The position numbers and the translations under genes are program-made. Positions 1 to 13,990 of a stretch of DNA of 64,000 nt are shown here, piece after piece. Position 1 is the stretch's first letter, and the number at the start of each line of letters is the position of its first letter. The notes under the pieces are model-generated. The model saw nothing but the letters and a program-made list of their open reading frames with translations. It had not been told where the DNA came from and ran no database searches. Source of the DNA: Camelus dromedarius (lineage: Eukaryota); NCBI RefSeq assembly GCF_036321535.1, contig NC_087437.1, forward strand, positions 106,952,001 to 107,016,000, written 5' to 3'.

Positions 1-1149
1 TCTCAGAGGAAGAGGGCTTCAGGAAAGAGAGACAGACATAATTTTAAACTTACCCTGGAAAGAAGCCAGAAAAAGAATGAACAGCAAGGATGCTGAAAAA
101 TGACTCGAAGCAGGGCTACTATGTCCAGATATCATGGTCCTGTTGGGGCCAGTGGAAAAGGCCATGTCTCTGTGAGGATGGGGGTCTCTCCTTAAGGGAG
201 AAGACTTTTCCCTCAGTTAATCAGCCAGGAAAAATGAAGACCCTGTGTCAAGAAGGCAAAGCTCATGGTAGGATGAAAGGAAGAGTTTTCTTTCAGTTGA
301 TGTCTTGGGACAGAGAGACCATACTCCGAGATGTGATGGTAGTCAGAACACTGCGTAGAGGTATGAAGTTGGCACTGCTGTGTGTGTGTGACCAGCAGCT
401 AGGAATACTGTATGACCCTGAAAATGGACGTGAATGTGGGGCCTCTGAGATCATGTATATATGGCAGAGTTTGGTAGTCTCTCTCCGTGTTGTGATTTTC
501 TCCATTATCACTGACTCTTCAGTCAAGCATCACAAGATCCAGCCTGGTCTTGGTTCCATGGCTCAGGAAGTGGTCAGACATGTTTAGCACGGTGACAGCA
601 GTGGTGGGCACCAGTCCAGAATGGCTGAGCCTGCAGAGTGGCAACCTTATGCCAAGGCAGCAGTGGCCAACTTCATGAGAAGGGCCAGAATATTTCAGAA
701 AGGATCATAGGAGACTCATAGATGTAGTTAGGATATTAGTAAATCTCTAGAGGGGTAGATACGGGCTCAGAGTCATGGCACTTTGGGGCATTCATAGATG
801 TATGACCTTCAGGTCTAGAGAATAAAGCATTATCTTCAACTCCCCTTATCTCCCCTCCTTTATCATAAGAACAAACGTCTATTTCCTCTAACCCTGAGAA
901 TGTGCCATGAAAAATAATGATTGTACTATGTTACCCATGGAGGTGGATGGATTTGCCAGAGGAAGGATGAGGAAAATATAGAATGTCTAATTAATAAATA
1001 AATCTAGAAACTATAAGTTGGATGTTAGTTGGATGTCTATATTTGACCATACTTGGAAAGTAAATTTTATGTAAGTTTTTTTTAAAATTAGGAATAAAGC
1101 AGAGTAAACTCTAAGTCCGTATGGGGTAATAGGAAGAACAGCAGAGTAT

Positions 1150-1325
1150 ACATCACAAGATCAGGATTCTAATTCTGAATAATACTACTTACAATGAGTC
1201 CTTCCTTCTAGCCGACCCTTTTCCACTTTGAGTTTCCGTTTCCAGGACAGTGAAATAGGAACACTCATACTTTCTCTGCTTATTTACATCATAGTAAGAA
1301 TAAAGTAAAATAACATGCAAGACAT
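1150..1325 (+). mobile_element. MIR-like SINE fragment (ancient)
   Basis: Degenerate MIR core ('ccactttgagtttccgtttcc...gtgaaatagga...gtaagaataaagtaaaataacatg'); boundaries approximate. Confidence 0.45.
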
Positions 1326-1784
1326 GTGGTATATACTCCTAAGTTATTATTTCTGCCATTCAATGATCTCTTATATCTCTTTGAAACCCGATTTGTTGAC
1401 TCTGTGAAAGTTAGACATATATAGAAATATTTTAAAATGTTAATAGTAAGTGGTATGCCATTTTCCATATTATATATTGAGAGACTGGAATAAAAATATT
1501 TTTAATAGTGCATTTTATTTTTTAAAATAATTCAAAGTTAAAACTTTATGCAATTAATATTATTATCCCTAAGAGTACAAGCAAAAATAATAGCAAGCAT
1601 TGTCATCCATCAAAAGAAGCATTCTCAGTTTTTCAATTGCTATAGGTCCAGATTCCTTTATTTGATTTTCTTAAGTACACTATAATAAAGTGTATATGGT
1701 GTCACCTGTCCCTCCAAGCACAAAACTTTCAAAGCAAAGAATTTTTATTCGTGAAGTGGTTACAACGACATGCAAATGGTTGTG

Positions 1785-2165
1785 TGTATTAGTCTGCTAG
1801 GGCTGCCATAATAAAATACCTAAGACCGGCAGCTTAAACAACAAAAATTGATTTTCTCACAGTTCTGGATGATTGAAGTCCAAGATGAAAGTGTTGGAAG
1901 AGTTGTTTTCTCCTGAGACCTCTGTCCTTGGCTTGCAGGCGACCACCTTCTTGTTGTGTCCTCACATGGCCTCTCCCCTGTGCACACATCTCTGGTGACT
2001 CTTCCTTTTCTTACAAGGACACTAGTCATTTGGGATTTTGGCCCCACCCTTATGACCTCATATAACCTTAATCACCTACATAAAGGCCTTACCTTCAAAT
2101 AGTCACAGTAGGGGATACAGTTTCAACATATAAATTTTGGGGGGTACACAATTCAGGCCGTAACA
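1785..2165 (-). mobile_element. ERVL-MaLR solo LTR, MLT1B-like
   Basis: Begins tgtattagtctgctagggctgccataataaaatac and ends caattcaggccgtaaca (TG...CA termini); the ~380-bp body resembles the reverse complement of the MLT1A/B consensus. Confidence 0.85.
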
Positions 2166-3184
2166 CTGTCATAGCATTTTCCTAATACTGATAAAATTAG
2201 CAAAATCTAAAATAATATTAGCAACGTACAGTGATGAATTAAAAACCCAATCTTGGCTAATGGCAGTTAAAAAAAATCAGCTGATTTATTTATTTTCTTT
2301 CTGGATGTGGCTTAATTACAGAAAATCATTGATTTATTTTGAAAAAATACTTTATGTTTCAATCCCAGGTATGGAAATCTTGACTGTGATTGATTCCCTC
2401 GTATAAAAAACATAATTCATGGTATTAAAATGTGGGCTATTATAACATTGTCTCATTTATCAGAATCAAGTTTCACAATTTTATATGAATCCATATAAAT
2501 AGGGGACGTTGAAGGAATTTTCTCACTGTGATACAAAGTACAATAAAGATGACTCCCTCTGTGCTGATAAGTGAAGGTGACACTGGCAAGAAATAAGCTG
2601 GTTGGGGGGATTACTTAATTTCTTTGACTCCCAGTATCTACAGAGGCAAAATAAAGGAGTTACATTAGTGAAGACCAGATTTCTATCTATCTTGAAAGCA
2701 TGAGTGGTTCTCTGCTGGGGGCCGATTCAGGGTGAGAAGGTACGGGGTTTGGTAGGGTTGAGGGTGGTGGTGGTAGAATGGGAAGACCACTCTCAAAGAA
2801 GCTCTCTTTCTCCCCTGCCCAAGGAGGATGGACTGTTGATCTGAGTGGTCAAACTATATGACCTTGGTTGGGACACTTTTATAAGTGGCGCAGGTGAAAT
2901 TGTGTTTCGATTCTGCACAAAGGGATATGGTCCTTCTTTCTGTCCCTTGTGCCCAATGGCAGAAAGAGATGTGTTGAATAAGATTCATGCCCATAGAAGG
3001 AGCCCCTTCATCCTGCTCTATTCTTTTTCTTCTCCCCTTGAGATATATTGAGAAAGTTAGTTGGCACCTTTTCCACTGAGAGATAGGACTAACCATCTAT
3101 GGAAATCTAGCACTGCTGCCTTTTGGATCTCTTTTTTCTCCTATGCGGCTGGTGATAAGATTCAGATTCAGGTCTCTAAGCCTG

Positions 3185-4370
3185 ACTAGAGGCTTAGTGA
3201 TTTCATTAATCTTTTCAAATGACTAGTCTTTGGTTTAATTGGTTTTCTTTATTGATTTCCTGTTTTCAATATTATTGATTTCTACTCTAACTCTTATTAT
3301 TACTTTTGTTCTGCTCACTTTGGGTTTAATTTGCTCTTTTTTCCCCTAGTTTCTTAATGTGGAAATTTAGATGATTGATTTTAGATCTTTTTTTTTTTTC
3401 CTACTATATGCACTGAATTCTGTAAAATTTCCCTCTAAGCACTGCTTTCTCTGTATCCACAATTTTGATAAGTTGTATTTTTATTTTCATGTAGTTCAAC
3501 ATATTTTAAAATTTCTCTTGGGATTTCTTCTTTGACCCACATCTTATTTAGAAGTATGCTGCTTAATCTCCATGTATGTTGGGATTTCTCAGTTATCTTC
3601 CTGTTACTGATTTTCATTTAATTCTACTGTGGTCTGAAAGCAGACATTCTATGATTTCTGTTTTTTAAATTTGATAACGTGTGTTTTATAGCCAGGCAAG
3701 TGGTTTATTTTGGAGAATGTTCCATGTGAGCTTGAGAGGAATATGTATTTTGCTGTTGTTAGATGAAGTAGTCTATAGATGTCAATTATAGCCAATACAT
3801 TGATGGTGTTGTTGTTGAGTTCAACTGTGTTCTTACTAATTTTCTGCCTGCGAGGTCTGTCTGTTTCTGATAGAGGGGTTTTGAAGTCTTCAACTGTGAT
3901 AGTGGATGCATCTATTTCTCCTTGCAGTTTTATCAGTATTTGCCTCATGGAGTTTGACACTATGTTGTTAGGCACACAGGTACTAAGGATTGTTAAGTCT
4001 TCTTGGAGAACTGACCTCTTTATCATTATGCAATGCCCTTCTTTATCCCTGATAACATTCCTTGTTTTGAAGTTTGCTCTTTTTGAAACTCATATAGCTA
4101 CTGTTGTTTTCTTCCTTTTGATTAGTGTAAGCATGGTTTGTATTTCTCCATCCATTTACTTTAATCTGTATGTCTTTATATTTAAAGTGAGTTTCTTGTA
4201 GACAACATACAGTAGGCTCCTGTTTTTTAATCCACTCTGATGATCTCTGTCTTTATTTGATTCATTTAGATCATTAACATTCAAAATGATTATTGATATA
4301 GCTGGATTAATATTTACCACATTTGGTACTGTTTTCTATTTGTTATCCTTTTCCTTTGTTCTCATTTCCG
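3185..4370 (-). mobile_element. Old LINE-1 (L1M) fragment, ORF2 endonuclease region, degenerate
   Basis: ORF 3649-4026(-) MIKRSVLQEDLTILSTCVPNN...LQGEIDASTITVEDFKTPLSETDR and ORF 3435-3617(-) resemble the L1 ORF2p APE domain and following region; stops and frameshifts present. Confidence 0.85.
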
Positions 4371-5448
4371 TCTTCCTACCTACATCTTTTTATTCATGTT
4401 TTAAACCCCAGATATATGCAGGAATATATGTATCACATGTGTATAGTAACAATAAGCTAACAGTAGCTCTAAAAAGGAAGAAATGAAAACTAATAGCATA
4501 TATGAATATAGTAAGAAAAATAATCTCTAAATCATAGACATGTTGAACATTAAAATAATGTCAGGAAAAGTGTATTAACTTTATTTGAAAAATTTTATAA
4601 TACCTTTCTCCATAACATACTTTATTATTTCTTTAATTACGTATAACAAAGAATTATCTTTAAAAGGAAGATGTCCGAGAGAGGGATATAGAATGCAAAC
4701 CCTGCGTTATAGGAAGCTTGATCTATTTCCATGGAACTTCTATCTAGTGACCATCTTCTTCCCAACTGAAGTAAAGACAGAGAGAGAGATTTGGATTTGC
4801 ATTTCTCTATGAGAAGGGGAGAAATGATTTTTCTTTAAATGTAAGCTGGTTTGGGATAAAAATATTTTTGAAATCATATATTTTAGAAGTCTTTATAAGA
4901 AAAGACTCATGGAAACATGCAGATGGCCAAACCACATCTGGCAGTTTACAATAACTGATGAAAATCCACTTGGGACAAATAACCGTTACTGCTAATCCTG
5001 CAAAATTTTGTGGCCAGTTTTTTTTGTTTGTTTGTTTTTTAATTATAGAGGTTCACATCTCCTATGTTACAGTATTAACGTGTAGGGATGTGCATCTTTA
5101 ATCTGTTAAGTAGCGGGACTAGGGATAAAGCATTTCATATACATTGCTGACTGTTGAGCTTTACCACTGTTCTAGGAGATGAAGCTGGCTTAGATGACAT
5201 CACTCCTTGCATTTAAGTTTGTCTGTGACTGTTTTGCTGTGGACTCAAGTCATGTGTCTTTTATTCACTTGGAATAAATATACCCTAAATGATCTTGATT
5301 CCTAGAATTGTTACTGAATGCTATTGATTCTTAAGATAGCTAGAATTTTATTAGCTGGTCTTAGAGAACCAGTATAAATTTAACTTAATTGACATTTTAT
5401 GAAAGACTCTGTTTACCAAGTATCCATTATTGTGGTAACTACATTTTT

Positions 5449-6923
5449 TTCTTTTTATCATGAGGCTGGTTCTTTTTATTATTATTATTGAAGTATAGTC
5501 AGTTTACAATGTGTCAATTTCTGGTGTTCAGCACAATGTTTCAGTCATACATTTACATACGTATATTCTTTTTCATATCATTTTCATTATAGATTACTAC
5601 AGGATATTGAATATAGTTCCCTATGATACACAGAAGAAACATAATTATCTGTTTTATATATAGGTTAGTATCTGTAAATCTCGAACTCCCAGTTTATCCC
5701 TTCCCACCTCCTTTCCTCCCAGTAACCATAAGTTTGTTCTCTGTGAGTCTGTTTCAGTTTTGTAAATAAGTTAATTTGTATCTTTTTTTTAGATTCCATA
5801 TATGATATGATATAGTACTTTTCTTTCTCTTTCTGGCTTACTTCACTTAGAATGATGATCTCCAGGTCCATCCATGTTGCTACAAATGGCATTATTTTAT
5901 TGTTTTTGTGGCTTTTTTTATCTCACAACTTATAGTGTATGCATGTGTGTGTGTGTGTATGTGTGTGTGTATGTATATATATATATATATCACAGCTTTT
6001 TTATCCAGTCATCTATTGATGGACATTTAGGTTGTTTCCATGTCTTGGCTATTGTAAATAGTGCTGCTCTGAACACTGGAGTGCATGTGTCTTTTTGAAT
6101 TAGAGTTTTATCTGGATATCTGCCCAAGCATGGGATTCGGCAATTCAACATTGTATGTTAAGTCTATTTTTAGTTTTTTAAGGAACATCCATACTGTCCT
6201 GAATAGCAGCTGCACCCATTTACATTCCCACCAACAGTGTAGGAGGGTCCCCTTTTCCCCTCACCCTCTCCAGCATTTATTATTTGTAAACTTTTGAATG
6301 ATGATCATTCTGACTGATGTGAGGTGATACCTCATTATAATTTTGATTTGCATTTCTCTAGTAATTAGCGATGTTGAGCATCTTTACATGTGCCTGTTAG
6401 CCTTCTGGATGTCTTCTTCGAAGCAATGTCTGTTTAGGTCTTCTGCCCATTTTTTGACTGGGTTGGGTTTTTTTGGTTTTTTGTTTTTTTGCTTTTTGGT
6501 TTTTTTGTTTGTTTTTGGTATTAAGGTGTATGAGCTGTTTGTATATTTTGGAAGTCAGTCCCTCGTTGGTCGCATCATTTGCAAATATTTTCTCCCATTC
6601 TGTGTGTATCCTTAGCTGTGCAAAAGCTTTTAAGTTTAATTAGGTCCCATTTGTTTATTTTTGCTTTTTATATGTTTCCATTACTCTAGGAGCTGGTTCA
6701 AAAAAAATATTGCTGTGATTTATGTCAAAGAGTGTTCTGCCTATATTTTCCTCTAGGAATTGTATAGTATCCAGTCTTACATTTAGATCTTTAATGCATT
6801 TTAAGTTTATTTTTGTATATGGTGTTAAAGAATGTTCTTACTTCATTATTTTACATGTAGCTGTCCAGTTTTCCCAGCATTCCTTATTGAAGACATTGTC
6901 TTTTCTCCATTGTATATTCTTGG
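5449..6923 (-). mobile_element. 5'-truncated LINE-1 (ORF2 C-terminus + 3'UTR) with 15-bp TSD
   Basis: ORF2 end [26 protein letters not shown] (5665-5892 -); TSD ggtaactacattttt (5434-5448) / ggcaactacattttt (6924-6938), followed by AA, giving a TTTT/AA endonuclease site; internal (TG)n(TA)n at ~5945-5990. Confidence 0.93.
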
Positions 6924-7467
6924 GGCAACTACATTTTTAAGCATCCATTCCACTTTCAGACTATCTCTCCCCACTCTCTGTCAGCAGGTGGATAGGAAAT
7001 TAAAACTAATTTTAATATTGCACAAAGCAAGCCATAATTAAGAAAATGTGTAAAAAATTAAAAAGCTACAATCCTCATAATGCAGTTCAAAACTAAATAG
7101 AAATGATTTTTTAATTATTGGCTTATTTGAATTACATGCCACCGCTTCCTAAGAGAGATGTCTGTTTAAATCCAAGTGCGGAGCTCAGTGCTTCATTATT
7201 ATACCATGGGGTGGTGTAAAAGGAAGGAAAGTAACCCCCTCTCCTCCTCTTCCTTCCTTCTTGCCCAGGCCTGGGGAGAGAGTACTGTAGAAACATGGCC
7301 CCCACTATTCTCAGTCCAATGTTCATACCTCTTCTCAAGAGTGTGCTCAGATCTGAGGCATCGGGTAGGGGAAGGATGTATTATTGAACTGCTTCTTATA
7401 GAGAATCTCAGTCATCCCTTTTGTTTTGAGCCCTATCTGCCCACCACATTCAGTTCCTCACCTTTTT

Positions 7468-7593
7468 TTAAAATTTGAAGTATAGTTAATTTACAGTGTT
7501 GTGTTAGTTTCAGGTGTACAGCAAAGTGATTCATATACATATATTCTTTTTCAGATTCTTTTCCATTATAGGTCATTACAAGGCATTGAGTCA
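7468..7593 (-). mobile_element. Short LINE-1 3'UTR fragment
   Basis: ttgaagtatagttaatttacagtgttgtgttagtttcaggtgtacagcaaagtgattca is a typical L1 3' end; possible TSD accttttt (7460-7467 / 7594-7601). Confidence 0.8.
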
Positions 7594-9649
7594 ACCTTTT
7601 TGTTTTGTAGAGCCAGCAGATTTGCTTTTTGGGAAGGCAGGTGGCTTTTAGCTTTCTCTAGCCAGCTAAGTCTTTTATCACTCATCTGTCTTGTTTTCTT
7701 ATACCTAAAACAATTTTGACCTGTCCACTCTTGTCTCTTTTACAGCTCTCTTTATCCTTATGGGACATATGACTATACCTTAAAAAAGTAACTTTTTAAA
7801 ATCTCACTACTGTCATTTTGGTTAGATTCCTGAAGGCATCATGGGAAAATGCGTCTGAAACAGATATCCCTGAGACAGTATTTTGAATGAGGGGAAAATA
7901 AGTCTTTGCTCTGTGTCTTGCTCTCTGCAGTCTTCCTCCTCTGTTTCTGTCTCACTCATGCTTTGAAAGGTACCTACAAAGTTCTTGGCTAGGTGCCAGC
8001 TCATCACCATCAAGGCATGAGTTGATAGCAGCTTAAAGAATTAGCCTGTGTAGGAACAGTGTGTATATATTTTCTCCTATTCCAAAAACAAAACAGTTCT
8101 CTTTGCATCAAGAAAAACAATACTGAAAGGTACAAAGAAATAGCAAAATTTCTTTTCAGTGAGAGTCGGAAAGGCCAAAAACCCTCCTTCGACCACCAAG
8201 GAATAAATTACCCTTAAGTGAAGATTTAGGGTGATCCAATTGCTTTGGGATAGAAGATTATCTCCCATCTAATCTGACTAACCTGGGTCAATTCAGACAA
8301 CCTGCTCCTCTCTGATATTCAAGCAGTTGTTACGATATTAACCACATTTTTCCCACTGTAGATGAACAACTGAGTGAATCAAAAAAGGATCATATAAAGG
8401 AGCACATTTTTTTTTTTCCCTAAAAAGTCAGTATTTTGCACTGGGGCTACTTTAGTTGATCAGTCTTGGTGACATTTCAAAGTAGTGTTTATGCCCCAAA
8501 AGATCAGGGGAAAAACATTTTTTTTTCAAAATTTTCAGGCATCAGTTCAAATTTATGAAAAAATGCATTTTAAAACACATTTCAGTTGAAGGCATAGAGA
8601 CAGGTTAAGAAAATAACCCAATAGTCAATTGTGTGAGATTTCTGAGAAAAATGACGAATGCGGCTTTCTTTGGAATTACTATTTGGCTTAACACACTCCT
8701 TTTAAAGCCTTGATAGCTAGAAAGACCCCTGAACAAACATAAGAAACAAGTTCTTGAATGTGTTCACAAATCCTTGAAAAAGAAAATTCTTCAGTATATT
8801 ATTTTTTCATAAAGTAGACAGAAAATGAAACAAACCTCCCAATTCCCAAGGAAAAAATAAGCAGTAATTAAAAATCTATTATTAAACAGTGAGAACAGCA
8901 AAATTTATTTTTATGGTTCTCTGGAAATAATGGAAGTGTTTTTAAAGGCTATATAAGTAGCAATATTCACTATGAGTGAGCTCTGTGTACAGAACATTCC
9001 CAAATGAAAATTTTAGAAATTTTATCTGACACTAAATCTTTAACAAGAAGCTGGTATAGTAACATTCTTAAGTCCCTCTAAGAAAATCATGTTGTTCAGG
9101 CTTTAATCCTGTTTTACCTTTAAAAAAAAAAAAAAGGACATTTTCTAGATTAGATCATCTTTCTAGTTTTGATCTAGGGTTAAAGGAAGTTTGCATATTG
9201 AATCGTTTCATGACTGTGGGTGTCTGGGGTACTGAGCTGAAGGTGTTGAGCCAGAAAACAAAAACTGGCATTTAGTCACAGATTTTCCCACATTGTTTGA
9301 GATTTTAATCTTAAGCACATAGTACTTCTCAGTCTGCCTCCCTGAGTGAACCTCAAGGAGGCTGGAAGTCTGGAATTACGTAGGGAATAGCCTGGAAAAG
9401 TGACCTCTGCTTCTCCAAAAGCATTTAGAAACGCGTTGGGGGCTCCTTTACAGTTGATTCACACACCTGTCAAGCAGGTAGGACTGTGACCTGATTCTTT
9501 CCCACGATTCTGTGATGAGGAGGAGGGGCAGGAAACCTCTAAGTCGATGCATGAGAAGCTCCTGTCACCTGGTTGTATTCTTGTTCCTCAGGGACGGAAT
9601 CAGGCCCAGCTGTGCATTCTCACCTCTTTCCACGATCGTTTTGGGAATG

Positions 9650-10130
9650 ACTTATTTCACTTAAACAGTTCCTTTTTTTAAGTATCATAGCATTCTTTTA
9701 AACTTTTTTTGTCTCGATATTACATTTGTGAGAATTATCCAAGTAGATACAAGTGGCCCGTATTTATTTTCATTGCTAAATAGTGTTCAGTTTAAGGATG
9801 AATATCACAATTTATCCATTCTTCCTTGACAACACATTTATGCTGTTTTGACTTTTTTGTGTTTATAAAAAAATGCTGCTATGAACAATTTTGTTGACGT
9901 CTCCTTATGCACATATCTGAGAATTTCTTTAAAATATATAAGTAGGGTGTAATTACTTGATAATGGAGACTGCACCTCCACAACTTTCTTAAATATGCCG
10001 AATTGCTCTCCAAAGTGGTTATAATAATTTACATTTCATCTAGCAGAATATATGAGCTCTGGCTGCTCCATCATCTCCCCTAAATGTGCTGCTGTTAGCC
10101 TTAATTTTGGCTGATATGATGGATGAGAAA
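9650..10130 (-). mobile_element. Old L1M (L1MC/ME-like) 3' fragment
   Basis: Motifs 'ttcattgctaaatagtgttc', 'aatgctgctatgaacaatt', 'ccaaagtggttataataatttacatt'. Confidence 0.65.
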
Positions 10131-10179
10131 TTATCAAGCTGGGTTTTAAGTAAAAACTTATTAGATCTATATATTATTA

Positions 10180-10545
10180 AACACAAAATAGCAAGAGAGC
10201 TCAAAACTGGAAAAACCAAAGAGAATGGATAAAAACAAATAATAGAAAGGAATAAAGTGCTAAGATATGAAAAGGTATGGATAAATCACAAAATAATAAC
10301 AGAAACCATCACTCTGGATGGCTCTATTAATTGTAGGGAACCAGTTGACAAGGGTTCAGTGGAGCGTTCTGGGCTAATAGAAATGGTCCGTACAAAAAAG
10401 GAGAAAGATTTATGCGATCTGAAGAGAAACCAGAGTATAGAAATGGACCATATAGTTTGAATGTTGGGTCTTGGTTACACAAGTGTATGTATTTACCAAA
10501 ACTCATCAAACTACATTTAAGATCTGTACATTTTATAGAATATTA
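10180..10545 (+). mobile_element. Old L1M 3'-end fragments
   Basis: 'aaaactggaaaaaccaaa' and 'ggttacacaagtgtatgtatttaccaaaactcatcaaactacatttaagatctgtacatttta'. Confidence 0.55.
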
Positions 10546-12134
10546 GAAGAAAATAAAAGTTCGAGGATTAAAGAAAAAAATTATTGACTATAAATATTCA
10601 CAGGGTTTCCCCCACCTCCACATTAAGAGAAAGACTCCTTTATTGCTTGAGCAGTATTCAGTTGCCTTTTTATTTTATTATTATTTTAAATCTACAACTT
10701 AATCAGGACAATGGAAGCAACAGCAAAGAGCTAGGTGGTGTGGGTTGGAAAGAGAAGGGAGATTGGGAGCAACTACCTTGCCACATTTTGAAAGATACTG
10801 AAAGAAATTCTCAGATAAAGAGATTGTAACACATTTTGCTCACAGTTAAAAATGTAGTCCCTCTTTAATGTTTCCCAAAAGCAGCAGTAAAAATTTAAAT
10901 TGCCTTCAATCTCTCTTGGATGTGCATTGGTGCTTCATCTAAATGTAGTCTCTCTGCTGAGCTAGACCAGGAAACAGCATCTCCTGAGACACACTGGTGT
11001 AATACGTTAAATTTTAGTATACTTCTATGACAATTCTTAAGACACAAAAGACAAGTTTTAGCTTTTCTTCAAATGATGATATCCACTGGTTAATTTATTT
11101 TAAATTAATTATACAGGAAAAATGTGATTTAAAGATAAATAATAAAAATACATTTTAGTTTTGAAGCCAGATGTATGTGAGATATTAAGTGCTCTAGTAC
11201 CAAAAATATGAAAAAGCAGCTTTCATTATCTACTGTTGGGAAATCTTGCTATTTGCAATTTTTTTTGGGGGGGTAATTTGGTGTTTTGTTTTTAGATGAA
11301 CAAATAGAAGTGGCCATTTATAATTATTTCAATCATGTATTGTCAATTCACTTTGTGAATTTAAGTAATCATTATTTCTAAAAAGGCAAGAGTCAAATTA
11401 GAGGTATTCCATTTCCATGTTTTGTTGTTTTAACATTGATTTTTAAACTCAAAGAATCATTTTAAAATGTCAGTTAAGAATTTTGATCTAGTAAAGATTA
11501 TCCTGAAGTGATTTAGTGGTATGCCTCTAATTATCTTCAAGACAAAATCATTATTCCTCATGTTTCCAGCTTTTAATGAATGGTCTACTGTGAGTATATA
11601 TATAACACAGGATATGATCAAAATTCAAAATAGTAAAAAAAAATTAAATCTTCACACCCCTCAAAACGACCATGGTGTCCAGTCGGGTACAAATGAGTCA
11701 TAAATCCATGAGTGATATTCAGACGTATAACAGACCACTCCCCTGGTATCTGTCAGCTCACTCCCAGTTCCAATGTAAAGAGAAACTATTTCAATTTTTT
11801 CATGAATTGATCAGCAGTAGAGAAATGGAAACAACTGTCATGAACTTTCTGGAATGTTCTGACACCTTGCTGGTCATTCACAAATCACAGTTTGTAAAAA
11901 ATTTGTCTAGTTTATGCTCTTGATCTCCTGGGCAAGATAAACCAGCCCTGTATATAACATATCCACTACCCAATTTCCTAAGCTGTGTAACAGCATAACG
12001 TGCAAAGATCATGACATGGGAGACATAATCTAAATGAACATGTTTGCATATTTTCTGGTTTATTGATAAAGATATTAAGCCATGCCTATAAGGTTAATCT
12101 GTGAACAAGACAATTAATAGTAAAATGCACTGTT

Positions 12135-12655
12135 GAGTATTTATTCAAAAGAATTGAAAACAAGATCTCAAAGAGATATTTGTATTTCCATGTTCATTGC
12201 ACCACTATTCAATAGCCATAAGGTAGAAGCAACCTAAACATCCATTGATGAATCAATGGATAAAGAAAATGTGGTATATACATACAATGGAATATTATTC
12301 AGCCTTGATAAAGGAGGGAATTCTGTCATATAGGGCAATATGGTGGCCTGTATGACAGAACATTATTCTAAGTGAAATAAGCCAGTCACTGAAAGACCAA
12401 TGCTGTATGACTCCATTTACAGGAGATATTTAAAGTAGTTAAATTCAATGAAGTAGGGAGTAGAATGGTGGTTGCCAGGGAGTAGAGGGGAAGGGAAAAT
12501 GGAAAGTTGCCATGCAATGGGTTATACAAGATGAGAAAGTTCCAGAGAGTGCTCTATGACAATGCTCATAGAGTTAACAATTCTATGCTGTTGACTTAAA
12601 ACCTTGTTAATATGGTAGATTTCATGTTATGTTTTTTTCATCACAATCAAAAAAT
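12135..12655 (+). mobile_element. LINE-1 3' end, L1MA/L1MB-like
   Basis: 'caagatctcaaagagatatttgtatttccatgttcattgc...atggataaagaaaatgtggtatatacatacaatggaatattattcagcc...aagtgaaataagccagtcac' ending in an A-rich tail. Confidence 0.85.
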
Positions 12656-12739
12656 GCCAAATACATGTAATAGATTTGATTTTGTATTTATTATTTGTAG
12701 ACAGTTGTTTGTGTGAGTTTTTGTAGCTGTGAGGGAGCA

Positions 12740-13180
12740 AAACAACCACTTGTTAGAGTAGCTTCAGGAAGAGTTTGGAATTTCAGGGCCAGGAAGGGGA
12801 GCCATGGACATGTCCTCAGGAAGCTGCCGTGGGAAACGTTCTTGAGATGGAGACTGTAGAGAGTGAAAGGAGTGGAAGTGGGCAGAGAGAGAAGCCCAGC
12901 CCTGTTGCAGTCACACCCAGGCCTCTGCCAACGTGGCCTGTAGCAGGAGCTAGATGGCCTCTCAGAGTTGACCAGAATCGGGCCAAGGGACCAAGGCCTC
13001 CATACTCTTAGATCCACCAGTCATCGGATGCCGGGGAAGGGGTTGAGACTTTGATCAAGGTGGCTCTCATCTGTGGAGGGTAACCACCTGGAGAGAATTG
13101 GTGGGGGGAGCTCAGTATTGGGGAAGAAGCATTCCAGTTCAGAAGGGGGAGCCTTGAGTCAAACCAGCGCGTCCACTAGA
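12740..13180 (-). mobile_element. ERVL-type LTR fragment (LTR16-like)
   Basis: 'gggcagagagagaagcc...ggagctagatggcctctcagagttg...ccaccagtcatcggatgc...gcgcgtccacta' resembles a recalled LTR16-family consensus. Confidence 0.55.
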
Positions 13181-13874
13181 GGGAGTTGAGTGAAGTGAAG
13201 ACAGGCTACTCAGACATTAAAGGGATGCAGAAAGGGCAACAGGAAAGAGGAATTTGGATGAACCAGACGTAGGTAATAATGCTGCCCTCTTACAGAACGT
13301 AAGAGGCAGGCTGGAATCTAGGACTGTATTTCTGAGTCTGAACAGTTTTCCTGAATGAGGGTCTATACATATGTCCATATTTACAGTGGGGGTGTTAGTC
13401 TAAGAACTTTGCTTTACCTGAATATGGTTCAGTGTAGTTTACAAGCACAACTGATTATTCTTCTTGAAACAAACGTCTTTTTGTATAAAACCTATTACTT
13501 TAGTGTAGCTTTCTGCCTTTAGACTCGTGGCTAAATATTCACTAATGTCATGACGATTATCTGTATTTCTGATGCATGTTTTATCTGTGCATCACAGGAT
13601 CTTAATGAAAAATTTTCTTTACCTTCTAATCTCCTCTTGGAGGTTACAGTGGCAATTATATATCCTTCTTGCTCATACATAACACATGAACACTGCAGAA
13701 GTAGGTTATTGAAGTATTTCACTTTATCTCCTGCATCACCTTTTTAGCTGATGTGTAGTGAGCAGAGATTTAATATAAAGATATTTTCCTCCACTTTTAT
13801 GCCGCAATTGCAAATCTAGGTTGCAGGTACATAAAAGAGAGTTTTAAGGGACTTAGTTAATGTTTGGAATAAAC

Positions 13875-13990
13875 AGTGAACTAGACTGGATTCCAGTCCT
13901 CACTCTGCTATTAACTATGTGTGGGACATTGACCAAGCAGTTTTATCTCTCTTGGTCTCATTTATTGTTTGTCAAGTGTGGTTTTGGATT
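13875..13990 (+). mobile_element. MIR SINE fragment
   Basis: 'agactggattccagtcctcactctgctattaactatgtgtgggacattgaccaagcagttttatctctc'. Confidence 0.55.

Noticed and set aside
90..587. 165-aa ORF
   Set aside because: No recognisable domain, composition looks like non-coding translation, and there is no supporting gene structure.
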